DNA of 47,034 bases, from the NCBI GenBank assembly GCA_002269645.1, contig NIVC01004402.1, positions 1-47,034 of the forward strand. The letters are read 5' to 3'. Each line of letters starts with the position of its first letter. The first letter of the stretch is position 1. A program made the position numbers and the translations under genes. This document shows, piece by piece, positions 33,701 to 43,742 of the stretch. The notes below the pieces were generated by a model. The model ran no database searches. It was not told where the DNA came from and saw only the letters and a list, made by a program, of their open reading frames with translations. This DNA is from Macrostomum lignano. Its lineage: Eukaryota.

Positions 33701-35037
33701 CCCTGTCGCTTCCGCTTCCATGCAGGGAATTCAGGTGGGTACCGGAACAGGAAATCCAGTTCTGGGACTCCAATCGGTTTCTGTCACTCAATCCAGAAGC
33801 CGAGATCGCCTACCTTGTTCAACTCGATCTAGAATACCCAGCTGAGATTCACGATTCGACTCAGGAGTTACCGTTTGCACCTGAAAAATCAAAACCACAG
33901 CCAGATCAATTCTCGCCGTACATGGCCGAACTATGGAAAGAGATTGCTGAACAGCGAACTGGCAATGCTGAAGCTAAGTTTCAAGCAACGGAGAAGCTTC
34001 TACTCACCTGTACCGACAAGGATTCTTACGTAGTTCACAGCACCGTTTTAAGATTTTACCTGCAACACGGAATGCGGATCAAGTGCGTCAAAAAAATGAT
34101 TTCGTTCAAGCAGGAAAATATTTTCGCGCCGTACATTGCCAGCAACAATGAAAAAAGAGCTTTGGCAACTTCCGAGTTTGCTAAGGATTTTTACAAATTG
34201 AAAAACAATTCTCTCTTTGGAAAAACTATGGAGAACGTTCGAAAAAGATGCGATGTTCGAATTTGCACTAACCAGACTCAAGCAGAAACTTGCGCCTCTC
34301 GACCAAACTGTGCCGCATTCTCGATTATCAATGAGTCGTTGAGCATTTTTCAGCTCAAAAAAGATAAAGTCACGCTTGACAAGGCCATTTTCGTTGGCCA
34401 GGCAGTTCTCGATCTCTCTAAGATGGCCATGTACAGCCTACTATATGACAGGCTCCGACCGCTGTTCTGTCATTCAGACGGTTCCAGAGACATGATGCTT
34501 TGCGGAGGTGATACTGACTCATTTTTTCTAGCTTTCAAGAATCATGATTTAACATCGGAGGTAATCCCGAAGCTTAGAGAGGAAAAAATACTTGACACAT
34601 CCAACTATTCTCGAGACCATCCGCATTTCTCTGAAGAGTTAAAAGGAAAGCTGGGCTGCGTTAAAGATGAATCTGCTGGTGGAATTTACCAGGAGTGGAT
34701 TCTTTTGCGTCCAAAACTTTATTCGTTTCTCCCTGCCGAGAATTCGAGTGCAAAGATCAAGAAAACTGCCAAAGGCGTGAAGCAGTCAGTAGTAAGACAG
34801 CAAATTTCGCATGCGAACTATGTCGACGCGTTCGAGTCCAAGCAAGAGCAGATGGTTGCCATGACAGCGATTGTTTCCAAGAAACACGAAATCTTCACGT
34901 CGGTCATGGAGAAAAGAAGCCTATCGGTGTGGGAGGATAAGCGAGTGTGGCTTAGCAGTAATCGAAGCCTGCCCTACGGACACTATGCGCTGACGCCCGC
35001 ATCCCACGATCAGCTGAAGCGCATCCGACTGGTCTAG
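30759..35037 (+). CDS. polB: Protein-primed family B DNA polymerase (pPolB); spliced model 30759-31155 + 31388-35037 = 1348 aa (unspliced ORF 31579-35037, 1152 aa)
   Basis: DCFLYACLAALH, C2-type Zn motif, ExoI YADLE, endonuclease-VII-like CHYC..HFDHDH..ACQECN, FHNLGGYD, FIDSL, KGIFPYD, IRGG, DMNNLYG, KLKNNSLFGK, GDTDS and KTAKGV. Intron 31156-31387 is GTAAGT...CTAAAAC...CCAG, phase 1 to phase 1. Confidence 0.95.
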
Positions 35038-35618
35038 TGCGGGTGTTTAACAGACTGTTTAGTACTTTTTCTTGCTTTTAGAGTTGTTTAAATTGCCAAA
35101 TTCTGTTTTAAATGTAGTGACTTGCATGTAGTAACTTTTACAAATTTGTATGCTTGGCTAATTGCGCTAGATTTAGCTGTCAATTTGTTTTTGCGGCGTG
35201 AAATATTGATATCAATTTAAGTTTTACTTTTTATAAAGCTGTGGCAAGTGCGCTCATACAATATTAATTCATTTTTGTTTGCTTTGTGTACTACTTGTTT
35301 AAAATGTGTTTTTGGTTTTTATCTGACATAAATTGTTCCTGTAAATTCAATCAGCGTTTTAATCATATTTTCTCTATCACTTTTCTATTTCTCTTCTCTC
35401 GGTGCACATCGTTTGTTATAACGATGGTAGTATTGTTTACTTTCGGATTTGATATGCGTTTTGCGATACTTTTGGTGATGGGCTAAATACGTTTTTGAAG
35501 TGTTCCATAGCTGTCTGCCTGGGAAAATGAATGTAAAGAATACTAAGTTTATCCTTTTATTCACTTTTCACTAATCATTGAAATATTTGCGGCAAATTGC
35601 TTGACTTGACTTTTATTT

Positions 35619-36190
35619 TTATTCAATGGAAAGAACTACATTGAGTAGACGCATGCTATCGGTATGCAACTGATTCAAGGACCGAGCTCCACTGAGAACA
35701 AAAGAGCCGCTGTGAAAAAGCAGACATTTACAAAAGTTTAAATTGAAAATTAAAGCAGAAAAGGATTCTGGTTCATATTCGGCGTTTGGGATAATTGATT
35801 TTAACATTAATAAGGAAAGTGCGGAATGAACTGGGAGCTGTCCATGAGCAGTAATAGTTTTAATTCGAACACAAATTGTTTGATGAGGCAGCAGTTGAGC
35901 CGGCACTCTCCGATGCAGCATAGCCACGAAGCGACGGGCAGCCCTTTTGGCGTCTGCGTGGGTCTTGGCACCGCAGATGCTCAGTTGCCCAGTAGGGTAG
36001 AGTAGCAGAGTCACTCTGGGAATCGCATCCGCTTGATGAGCACCCGGGGCCAGACGGGCCGGTAGATCACATGAGCCATGCTGAGAGCCAGTTCCCGTAG
36101 AGGCAGCTGAGCGCCCCTGCCACCATCCAGTCTCAGATCTACTCCGCCAACCAGATTGGTCACTCTTAGGGCTGTAGCTGGTGGGCTCAT
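35619..36190 (-). CDS. TATA-binding protein (TBP)-like protein, ~190 aa after restoring one base at 36018-36020
   Basis: Repeat 1: LRVTNLVGGVDL...LPLRELALSMAHVIYRPVWPRVLIKRMRF[P]RVTLLLYPTGQLSICGAKTHADAKRAARRF. Repeat 2: RIKTITAHGQL...NAEYEPESFSALIFNLNFCKCLLFHSGSFVLSGARS. Both match TBP core patterns (QNIV, YNPKRF, TALIFSSGKMVCTGAK, RLAARKY, YEPELFPGLI, LLIFVSGKVVLTGAK). Confidence 0.88.
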
Positions 36191-36224
36191 TTCGATCGTC
36201 AACTTCTTCACCAAATCTGCTTCT

Positions 36225-36709
36225 GCCAACTTTACTGCTCGTGTGCCACGGACACTGCTCGCTTCTTAAGTTGATGCAGAACTTTGGCTTAAGCCAACTG
36301 TAGTGCAGCAACGAATTTCTCACTGCACAGCCAGTATCTGAATCTTCAGTCGAGGGTGCTCCCAAATCTTCTAGGTTATAAACCTGTCTTCCAAGCAGCT
36401 CAGTCAGAAAAATCGACTTCCTTTCCCCATTTGACCAGATCGGACCACTGGCAATGCTCAGAATGTCTTCCGCCAGTTCCATGTACGGACGGGTTCCATC
36501 ATTCCACTTAAACTGGTGCAGACTCTTAGATAGCTGTCTGTAGTAAACTCGCATGTCAGGTGAGACTCTCTCCCATGGATACGGAGGTGCGTACACATGG
36601 TGAGCAATGCGGTAGCTCCCCGCTCTGATTTGAACAACTGCCAACTCCTTCACAACAAATTTTTTGCTTGTGCTGTTGCACGGAATCCTTGGAAGTCAAT
36701 GTAGTTCAT
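36225..36709 (-). CDS. Polinton accessory protein, probably RNase H-fold/DEDD-exonuclease-like (3' end uncertain; frameshift at 36660-36665)
   Basis: MNYIDFQGF...[K]KFVVKELAVV...APPYPW...LHQFKW.DG..PY...I...G..K..FL......LEDLGAP...CA.RN resembles the small conserved IDxQGF/FxxKELA protein recalled from invertebrate Mavericks. As assembled it runs through into the TBP C-half. Confidence 0.55.
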
Positions 36710-36750
36710 GATGCAGCTTTCCTTCGAAAATTTCGGAGTCAGTCCACCTT

Positions 36751-36758
36751 CTTATATA
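36751..36758 (-). promoter_or_regulatory. TATA box TATATAAG upstream of the exonuclease-like/TBP pair
   Basis: 42 nt before ATG 36709. Confidence 0.55.
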
Positions 36759-36809
36759 CTTTTCTGGCAGGCAGTTTCAGCCAGGCTGTGTTGCTCCCGT
36801 ACCCCTTGA

Positions 36810-37429
36810 CTAGACTCTCCTGTTCTTTCTCCAGTTCACCCCTCTGCTGGTTGCCATTTTCTTCTTAACTGATTTACCAATAGCGGAAAGCGGAACATTA
36901 AGCTTTTTCTGCTGCAGAAAATCGATGAACTCGTTCCACCCAACTGGTTCACGCTCACATGGCGAATCCCTCACTGCGTGCTGAATCAAGTCCAGTATGT
37001 TTGAGGAAGGGATTGACGTGCCTGCGATTTCCACCTCCCCGTTTTCACAAACTCGAATCAGCTCTGGATTGGTGGACAGGATCGTCCACAGACTGCGAGC
37101 CCTGGTTTTGAATTTCTGTGGCACCGACTTGCTGATCTTCTCTTCCCAGGTGTTATCTGGGGTGTCTCTGTTTTCATCAACTTGGCTTCAGTATTTCGTG
37201 ATCCTTCTTTTCCAGCGTGCTTGCGCTTGGCCAGCAAACTTTGCATTGCACTTTGGTACATGGCGGTTTTCACATCTTCTGGACAATCCTCGGCATACAA
37301 GATGTCATCGCATTTCTTCTGAGCCTGCTTCAAGTCAGCTTCAGTGGTAGTCTCATTTGGCTTCAAATTCTGCATCAACATCTCATACTCTGCTTTAGGA
37401 ATCAGAACCATTTCTGAAAATTTGTTCAT
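36810..37429 (-). CDS. Conserved Polinton hypothetical protein (~206 aa; two track ORFs joined by a 1-bp frameshift at ~37140-37185)
   Basis: C-half CENGEVEIAGTSIPSSNILDLIQHAVR...PVGWNEFIDFL...NVPLSAIG matches a recalled Maverick-conserved pattern (GEV.I.G..IPGSNI.DL...P.GW). Confidence 0.65.
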
Positions 37430-37732
37430 TTTGCTTCTTCTTCTTTACCAGCTTAAGCAGAATCGGGAGTATTTTGATGAAGCCAGCCTTCAACAAGTCT
37501 GTCTTTCTTCTTTTGTGAGTAATTTTTCGAATTATCTCTTTTGACTTTGCAAGAACAGCTTTTTCATCGAGCGAAAACGATAGATTGTTTTGTAAGAGAT
37601 TATGGCAGGCCTCGACAAGAAAATAACGCACTTCTTTTGGACAATTTTTTATCAACAGCCGCTTGAAGCGCACGGTATATTTAGGTGACGCAAGAACCGC
37701 AAAAAACTTGCATGTGAATCAAGCACTTCCAT
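37395..37732 (-). CDS. Small basic Polinton protein, putative virion core protein (~112 aa; frameshift at 37680-37682)
   Basis: MEVLDSHASFLRFLRHL[K]YTVRFKRLLIKNCPKE..LVEACHNLLQNNL.....K..L.K.K.IIRKI....LLKAGFIKILP resembles the Maverick E(C/A)ALN.L.GN...GGFL family. Confidence 0.6.
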
Positions 37733-38454
37733 AGCGATGAAAACAATAGCTGATAAAAACAAGCTTCACTTTCACTTTCAAATACAAGATGGGGTCGCTG
37801 GTTGGGCAAAATTCTGGCCCGCACTCGCAGCTCATCGGGAGTTGATGGGTGAAAATCCAGGAACAGGTAAGCTCCCCTGCCCTGCGCGGTCACGTGCTTG
37901 AACACTGACAGCAGAAAGCCGGGCTTCTCTGTAAAGCACTGCCTGCCCAGTGCTGCAATCTGCAGCTGGTCTCTGGGGTTTTTCAAGATAGCTAAATACA
38001 TTACATTCAAGCTCATTGTTCGCGACTCTTTTCCCTTGAAAAATATATTCTGAGTCAGCATCACCAAGAAGCACGGCAAGTGATGTGCGATTCCTGTGAA
38101 AAAATTTCGCATTGAAGCAGAGTTTGAAGTTTCCTCTATTAAGTCATCGAAAACAACCAGGTCATTGGGCCTAAGTGCTGCCTCGATGTTGGTGGGAAAT
38201 CCCTGGCGCAGCTGCACACCTAGGCTGCTCAGTTCTGCATGGCCTGCCTGTGAGATCCCATAGTACCACAGAACTCTGCCAGGCTTCACATCAAACATGA
38301 CGTCTCTGTACTGGATCAGGTGTTTGACAAAGGTTGTTTTTCCTGCATTGGTGGGCCCGCAGACAATCATGCAGCTTCCCTGCCTGAGGCGGATATCGTA
38401 GCAAACTTGCTTTTCTCCCATGTTTAATGCATAAATATTAGAAATCACGGACAT
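37681..38454 (-). CDS. A32/FtsK-like genome packaging ATPase
   Basis: Walker A GPTNAGKT, Walker B LVVFDDL, LTQNIF and RTMSLN..Y..ILKNPRD. Confidence 0.95.
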   Translation of the reverse strand: MSVISNIYALNMGEKQVCYDIRLRQGSCMIVCGPTNAGKTTFVKHLIQYRDVMFDVKPGRVLWYYGISQAGHAELSSLGVQLRQGFPTNIEAALRPNDLVVFDDLIEETSNSASMRNFFTGIAHHLPCFLVMLTQNIFFKGKESRTMSLNVMYLAILKNPRDQLQIAALGRQCFTEKPGFLLSVFKHVTAQGRGAYLFLDFHPSTPDELRVRARILPNQRPHLVFESESEACFYQLLFSSLWKCLIHMQVFCGSCVT

Positions 38455-38956
38455 CTTTTTCTTAAGTTGGCTTCAAACCTCTGTAAGATTCTATCATTCA
38501 AATGATTTTTTCATTAGCATGCAAATGCTTCAAAATCCCCTCAAATGACCGATTGAACAGAAACTTTTGATAAGCAAAATAGATGCAAAACACTCCGCAT
38601 TTATTAGAGTTAGCACATTGAACTCTGTTTATATTGCTTCGGAGCCAAAAGCCAGTTGTTTTAATCTCTCGAAACAAATTATAAACCAAAGATAAAATTT
38701 CAGGTTCCCAGCCGAGGGAGTTGAACAACTCAATGCGATTTCCTTGCCCAACATAGCACACCACCCAGTGACCAAATGAGCCATTGTGCTGAAGTAGGAC
38801 AAAAACAAACTTGTTTTCAAAGGAAATTGATGATCTAAATTTTCTTTTTACATTCAAGGGCAGAGAATTTTTATAGCGCAAATGTAAAGTAACTATGAGA
38901 AATTTTTGGTAAGGCAAAAATTTTCTGGCGAGATTAAGTAGTTGAATTGCATCCAT
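38445..38956 (-). CDS. Adenain-like cysteine (maturation) protease; C-terminus continues after a 1-bp loss at 38506-38511
   Basis: GHWV, ELFNSLG and RVQ...SNKCGVFCIYF. The corrected tail is NEKNHLNDRILQRFEANLRKRCP*. Confidence 0.9.
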
Positions 38957-38961
38957 GTCAA

Positions 38962-40244
38962 TTAAGATGAATAGTCCAGCAAAAGCTCTCGGTGCTTGGT
39001 GACCTCAATCAGCGAGTCATACAGGCACATAGCAATCAGGGACACCGCTTCATTCAGAGCCTGTTGGAAGCGAATCTCCAGCCGCAGGTTGCCCTCCTTC
39101 TGTCCGTACCACAGAGCCGCTCCCTCGGGTGTGAGATCGAATGCAAACACCGTGCTGTTGTTGGAGAAGAGCTGGTAGGGGATCCACGGACCGAGTTTGT
39201 GTGGCTTGCAGATTGACAGCTTTTCAGGTAGTGCAAGTATTCTCTTACAAAGGAATTGTTTTCAGGTGTGAAGGCGCCGTGGCACACGGTTTCCCCACCT
39301 TTCTTTAGAGCCAATCGGCTAAGGTTGAAGCTCTGGAACTGGAACGGGCTCGCGTGATGATGACCGTTGAATGCTCGGTGGCTCACGAAGGCCAGCATGA
39401 TAAACTTCGGCAATTTTCCATGAGTGAATCCTTCAATGTTTTTTGACTGAATACCCTGGGGTAGGATGAAGTTCTGCATTTCAGTTCGCTCGATGGGATA
39501 CAGTGCATTTTGGTTTGTCAGCCCCTGCTCATGGGCCAGGCTGATGTGGGGCATCACTTTGACTCGGCGAAGATGCAGAATGCTGTGAGAGATTTCCATT
39601 CGGTATGCCGCGTTGTTTGCATTCGGGGTTCTGATGGCAAAGGCCCCATCGCTGGGGACCAGTTTGATGTGCAGGTGCAGATTGCTTAGCAGAAACACTG
39701 GGCACTGGAAAACATCGCTGAAGAGCGGCCCCGCATACTCCATCCATTGGGATTCCCTGTGGCTCTCCGTGTGCTCTTCAGCTGCCGAGTTCGGCTCCAG
39801 GAAGCCAGCAGGGTAAAGTTTTAGTTGCTGGGCATCGGATGAGCTCATTAGTGCTTTGAAGTACGCATGGTAGGGATAGAGCTGGTCTCCACCAGACACC
39901 ACTCGCTGGTTAATGCTCACAATTACATCTGAGAAGGCTGTAGACAGAACAAAATTTTCTGGGTGCACGTCACTGTCTCTGCGCTCGGTGATGATGCCAT
40001 CTCCATCTCGAACATCCTCCCTCAGCAAACCCCCATCCAGTCTCACAAGGCGGCAGCGAATATAAAGAAAAGAATTCAGCAGATCTGTGTATTCATCGGC
40101 AGATTGGTGGCAGTCAAATTCAATGGGAGAGTTTGCAACAATGGAATTAACTGGGTGAATATCAACATAAGTAGCTTTTTCAATGCAGGTTTGTAGAACG
40201 GGCGTCTTAAATAAATCAAGTCTGGGATTGAATCCGTAAGCCAT
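38962..40244 (-). CDS. Major capsid protein (double jelly-roll, Polinton PY), ~427 aa; 1-bp frameshift at 39221-39224
   Basis: LDLF..P..QT.IEK, PIEF, YTDL.NS.L, F..V.V.IN, GKLPKFIMLAFV..AF.G, PFQF..FNL. The C-terminal VFAFDLTP..GNLRLEIRF..AL...V..I....YDS.IE lies in the -1 frame. Confidence 0.92.
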
Positions 40245-40246
40245 GT

Positions 40247-40624
40247 CTATGACAGAGAGTCGAGCACGCGTTTCACAGTTTTCTTGCTGACTTTTTGCTT
40301 TCGCTTTCCTCCGCCTGCTCTATTCTTCTTTGCTTTCGTCTTCCTATTCTTAAGCTTTTTCCCACTAGCCTTGCTCGACCTCTTACTGCGATTTCCACCA
40401 GTTGCCTTTCGGGTGCCCTTCTTTTTCTTCAATCGTTTCGGACTTGCTTCAGTATTTCTTTTGCGCCTGACGTTGCTAAGCGTCGAGGCTGATGATGATG
40501 ATATAGCCGCTGGCGGAGGCTGGTATGTCATGATCCCTGGGAAGCTCCCACAGCCATAGAGTGCAGGCTTTTCGTGTCCTGTCCTCACCCCCGAATATTG
40601 CTGGATTAGCTGCTGGTAGTTCAT
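40247..40624 (-). CDS. Lys/Arg-rich putative DNA-condensing core protein (~125 aa)
   Basis: ATG 40624 overlaps the penton stop (ATGA). LYGCGSFPG motif followed by a highly basic C-terminus. The stop abuts the MCP ATG. Confidence 0.65.
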   Translation of the reverse strand: MNYQQLIQQYSGVRTGHEKPALYGCGSFPGIMTYQPPPAAISSSSASTLSNVRRKRNTEASPKRLKKKKGTRKATGGNRSKRSSKASGKKLKNRKTKAKKNRAGGGKRKQKVSKKTVKRVLDSLS

Positions 40625-41430
40625 TGAATGCGTTTCTCCTGAATTTGAACTGTAAGCAGAACAGGGCTGTGAGTCTGTGCAATCAGTGGGCAACCATAGA
40701 TGTCACGGAGCTGAACTCGAATGCTGTGAAGAAGACTGATTCGTTGAATCGGGAAGAATATTGTTTTCTTAAATATTTTTGTTTGATAGTTGCCCCATTC
40801 AATGCCGGCTTTCATTCCAACTGTTCTCAACAAGGAGCTCCAGTTGCAATTAGTTGACTCAACGATACTGCAGTGCACATTGATTAAGCTGGTGCGCGGG
40901 CAGCCAATGCAATGCTCGGACACGCGGCTCCCTGGCTGGATTTTCACAGCCTGGTTTCCAAATCCCAGCCAATGCAGAATTTTACTAGATGGAAGAAACA
41001 GCTCTGCTCTCGCAGTGTTGTTGTGCACCACAGTTCGTGAGTTGTGGATTTCGAACTTCATACCGAATTCCCTGTTGCCACTACGCCCCATCAGGCCGGA
41101 CTCATCAGCCTCCATCTCAGACTCCCTGTCACTCATTGCATCAAAGAACAGCGAATCAGAGTTGGCCAGCAGCTCATTCAGGCGCTCCACCAGCTCCTCC
41201 ACTCTAGCAAAGCGTCCGGGTTGAAGAACCAGGGCCTCATGCTCTCTTCCATCTGAGACAGTGAAGCAGTAAGGCTCGTCAACATTGAACCATGCAGCAG
41301 GCAGATGGATTTCAGCCAGACCTGCCTCATAGTCCACATTTCGATCCAAGTAAATAGGTGAAGGCAGGTAAAAATTAAAGTCACTAGGAGTACCTTCAGC
41401 ATGCTCACTGTTAATCAAAATAGTTCGCAT
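40621..41430 (-). CDS. Minor capsid (penton, single jelly-roll; Polinton PX)
   Basis: GTPSDFNFYLPSPIYL...YEAGLAEIHLPAAWFN and INVHCSIVE...LLRTV...SIRVQLRDIYGCPL. First ATG is at 41430 (the track start at 41448 is TTG). Confidence 0.85.
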   Translation of the reverse strand: MRTILINSEHAEGTPSDFNFYLPSPIYLDRNVDYEAGLAEIHLPAAWFNVDEPYCFTVSDGREHEALVLQPGRFARVEELVERLNELLANSDSLFFDAMSDRESEMEADESGLMGRSGNREFGMKFEIHNSRTVVHNNTARAELFLPSSKILHWLGFGNQAVKIQPGSRVSEHCIGCPRTSLINVHCSIVESTNCNWSSLLRTVGMKAGIEWGNYQTKIFKKTIFFPIQRISLLHSIRVQLRDIYGCPLIAQTHSPVLLTVQIQEKRIQ

Positions 41431-41467
41431 TATAATGATAAACTTCAAGATGAGGGATGTGCCAAAG

Positions 41468-42538
41468 CTAAACCTTTCTTAAGTCTTTTTCATCCACCCA
41501 GCCAGTCGAGTCGTAGCCCGCTCATTTCACCAGATAGCGAATTTTTCCCTTCCGCTTCTCCGTTTTCAGGATCTTCTCAATCACATACAGCCGCTGTGAG
41601 TCCGGGACAGCCTGCAGCTCGTGCTCATGGAAGAGTCCTCGAATCTCTTGCCCCCGCATGTCTTTAATCTTGTACATGTAGGGATAATGTTTTGGGGCTC
41701 TGCTCACCACGGTGTACACTTCCTCACTCCAGCTCGCTTTGTATCCCTTTTTGAATAGCCGTGGAGCATTGGAAATTCTCACTGACTGGTTTTCAGCGAA
41801 TTTAGGCTTCCTTAATTTTTCTAGAGTCTCGACTGCTTTTCCGTCGTACAGGTTCATCCACACTTCAGATTCATTCTCTTTGCAGACACTAGTGGGTGCC
41901 ATTTTGATGCTTCTGTGGTAGGTATTGTTGTAGGATTTTACCAGCTTAGGCAGCACATCAAGCCAGTGCAGTGTGCTCTTGTAGGTGAAGTAGCGCCACA
42001 TTCTACTTTTCAGAGTCCGATTCCATCGCTCAATGACAGCCGCCTTCTGCTCGCTGTTAGTTGGGAAAGCCAGAATCCCTCTGTCAATGCAGTATTGACG
42101 GAAAGTGGAGTTGATAAATTCCTTCCCCTGATCTGTGCGAACTGTGCGCGGCTGTCGCTTTGAACTTCTCAGTATGCTCTCGAATGCTGACTTCACTTCT
42201 GCAGCAGATTTATTTTTCAGTGCCTTGGCCCAAGCACATTTTGAGAGCACGTCAATGCATGTGAGAATATATTTGTAGCCTTTATTATGCTTTGCAAATG
42301 GAATCATTTCCACTAAGTCAAGTTCCCACTGATCATCGATTGCGCGCACTATGATTGGGGCCCTTGGATATCGCCTCCTAGCTGGCTTGTGCAGAGTGTG
42401 CACTGGCTGCTCGCTGAGCCACTGCTCAATGCTCTTTGCAGATATTCGATCACCTCTTTGCCTCACTTCATGCAGCAACTTTGAGGCACAAGAAAAACTA
42501 GCCGGTTGCTCAGGTTTCAAATAAATTTTCTCCATCAT
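41468..42538 (-). CDS. int: Retroviral-type (c-INT/rve) DDE integrase with C-terminal chromodomain interrupted by TGA at 41522-41524
   Basis: QWELDLVEM, YILTCIDVLSK, VRTDQGKEF and IERWNRTLK. Tail YVIEKIL..EKRKGKIRYLVK*AGYDSTGWVDEKDLRKV*. Confidence 0.95.
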
Positions 42539-42864
42539 GGGTTTATCAAGATACGTGCCTATCCACCTGCTCTAGCTGTACAGTATTTTTTCTTAAGTAG
42601 AAATTTATATTCCAATTAAATGATAGAGAAACGAGTGGCAAATTAATTTATTACTGTCAGATTGAAACCTCTAACATCGTAACAGTCGGTGTATTTTCCG
42701 AAAGCAAACAATCCATAAAAACGAACACTAAAACACTCGCACACCAGCATTTCAGAAATAGCAGAGATAAAAAACAGCATAGTGCCGTCAGATATAGGCT
42801 GGATAATCATGTGCAAGCTAAAAGTAATTTAGTTAGTCCAATGCATTCAAAGCATTCTAGCTGT

Positions 42865-43638
42865 TCAGTTATCAAAGCGAACATTGGGCAGCCTCATCGC
42901 GTCCTGCCGACGAAGTTGAAATGGCAGCTTTCGCTTCCTGCTGCTGCTGCTCACCGTCGAAGCCGCTGCATGCGCCCTGAACTGATACCACACCGGATCT
43001 TCCTCAAGGTTGGTGTCCCGCTGCGGAAGCAGTCCAGCATCAGAATCAACCAAAGGTATCGGTGTGGATGTGATAGGCTCAGTCACAATGCGCGGCCTTG
43101 TGGGCGAGCTAACGTCCTCGTCATCAGCATGCTCTCCGCCCTCATCAGTCTCCATTATGGGCTTCGTGTCCTGGTCAGCCTCCAACTTGAGCTTCTTGTC
43201 CTCTTCCTCCTCTTCCTCATCAGACTCCAGCTCGTACTGCATTGAGTTCCTCAAGGGAGCCACCAGCTGACCGTCGATCCAGGAGGCGATTTTCCAGAGC
43301 TTCTGCCACAGCGGCGGAGTCAGTGGTACGGCGTTTCGTCTCAAAAACTCCTCGCAGCAATCTTCCGGCAGCCGTTTGAGCCAAATGATGCCGCCTTTGA
43401 CTTCCACAAACTTATCGAAGCCGAGTTTCACGACCTTGGGCTCGTTGTTGCGTGCAGAAATCACAAGTGAGCGTTTCACCTCCTTCAATTTCTTCCATTG
43501 GTGAACATTCAGGTTGAATCCTGGGACGCCTGGCTTCAGACTTGCCGTGCTGCCGTGTCGGTAAAACTTGCGAATAGCGATAAATTTTTGTCCTTCAAAC
43601 TCCTGGACTTGTGCCTTATAGCCTTCACAGATGTCCAT
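42865..43638 (-). CDS. PC4/Sub1-like ssDNA-binding/coactivator protein with two tandem PC4-like repeats and an acidic tail (257 aa)
   Basis: KAQVQEFEGQKFIAIRKFY....SLKPGVPGFNLNVHQWKKLKE matches PC4 YVSVRDFKGKVLIDIREYW...[20 protein letters not shown]. A weaker second repeat is LGFDKFVEV..IIWLKR...AVPLTPPLWQKL...ID. Confidence 0.8.
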   Translation of the reverse strand: MDICEGYKAQVQEFEGQKFIAIRKFYRHGSTASLKPGVPGFNLNVHQWKKLKEVKRSLVISARNNEPKVVKLGFDKFVEVKGGIIWLKRLPEDCCEEFLRRNAVPLTPPLWQKLWKIASWIDGQLVAPLRNSMQYELESDEEEEEEDKKLKLEADQDTKPIMETDEGGEHADDEDVSSPTRPRIVTEPITSTPIPLVDSDAGLLPQRDTNLEEDPVWYQFRAHAAASTVSSSSRKRKLPFQLRRQDAMRLPNVRFDN

Positions 43639-43742
43639 TTTCCTTTCGCAATTGAAAACTCACAAAAGTTAAAAGCTGAGGAAAAGTTCGGATGAAATTT
43701 TGGATTTGAAAAATTGAGAATTCTTTCTTGTCAGTTTCGGGG

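Noticed and set aside
35619-36653. Single 344-aa protein as given by the ORF track
   Set aside because: A chimera of two genes produced by frameshifts. The middle third is the off-frame reading of TBP repeat 1.
41522-41524. Element-wide TGA=Trp genetic code
   Set aside because: Trp is encoded by TGG elsewhere and TGA ends other ORFs normally (ORF1, penton, protease).
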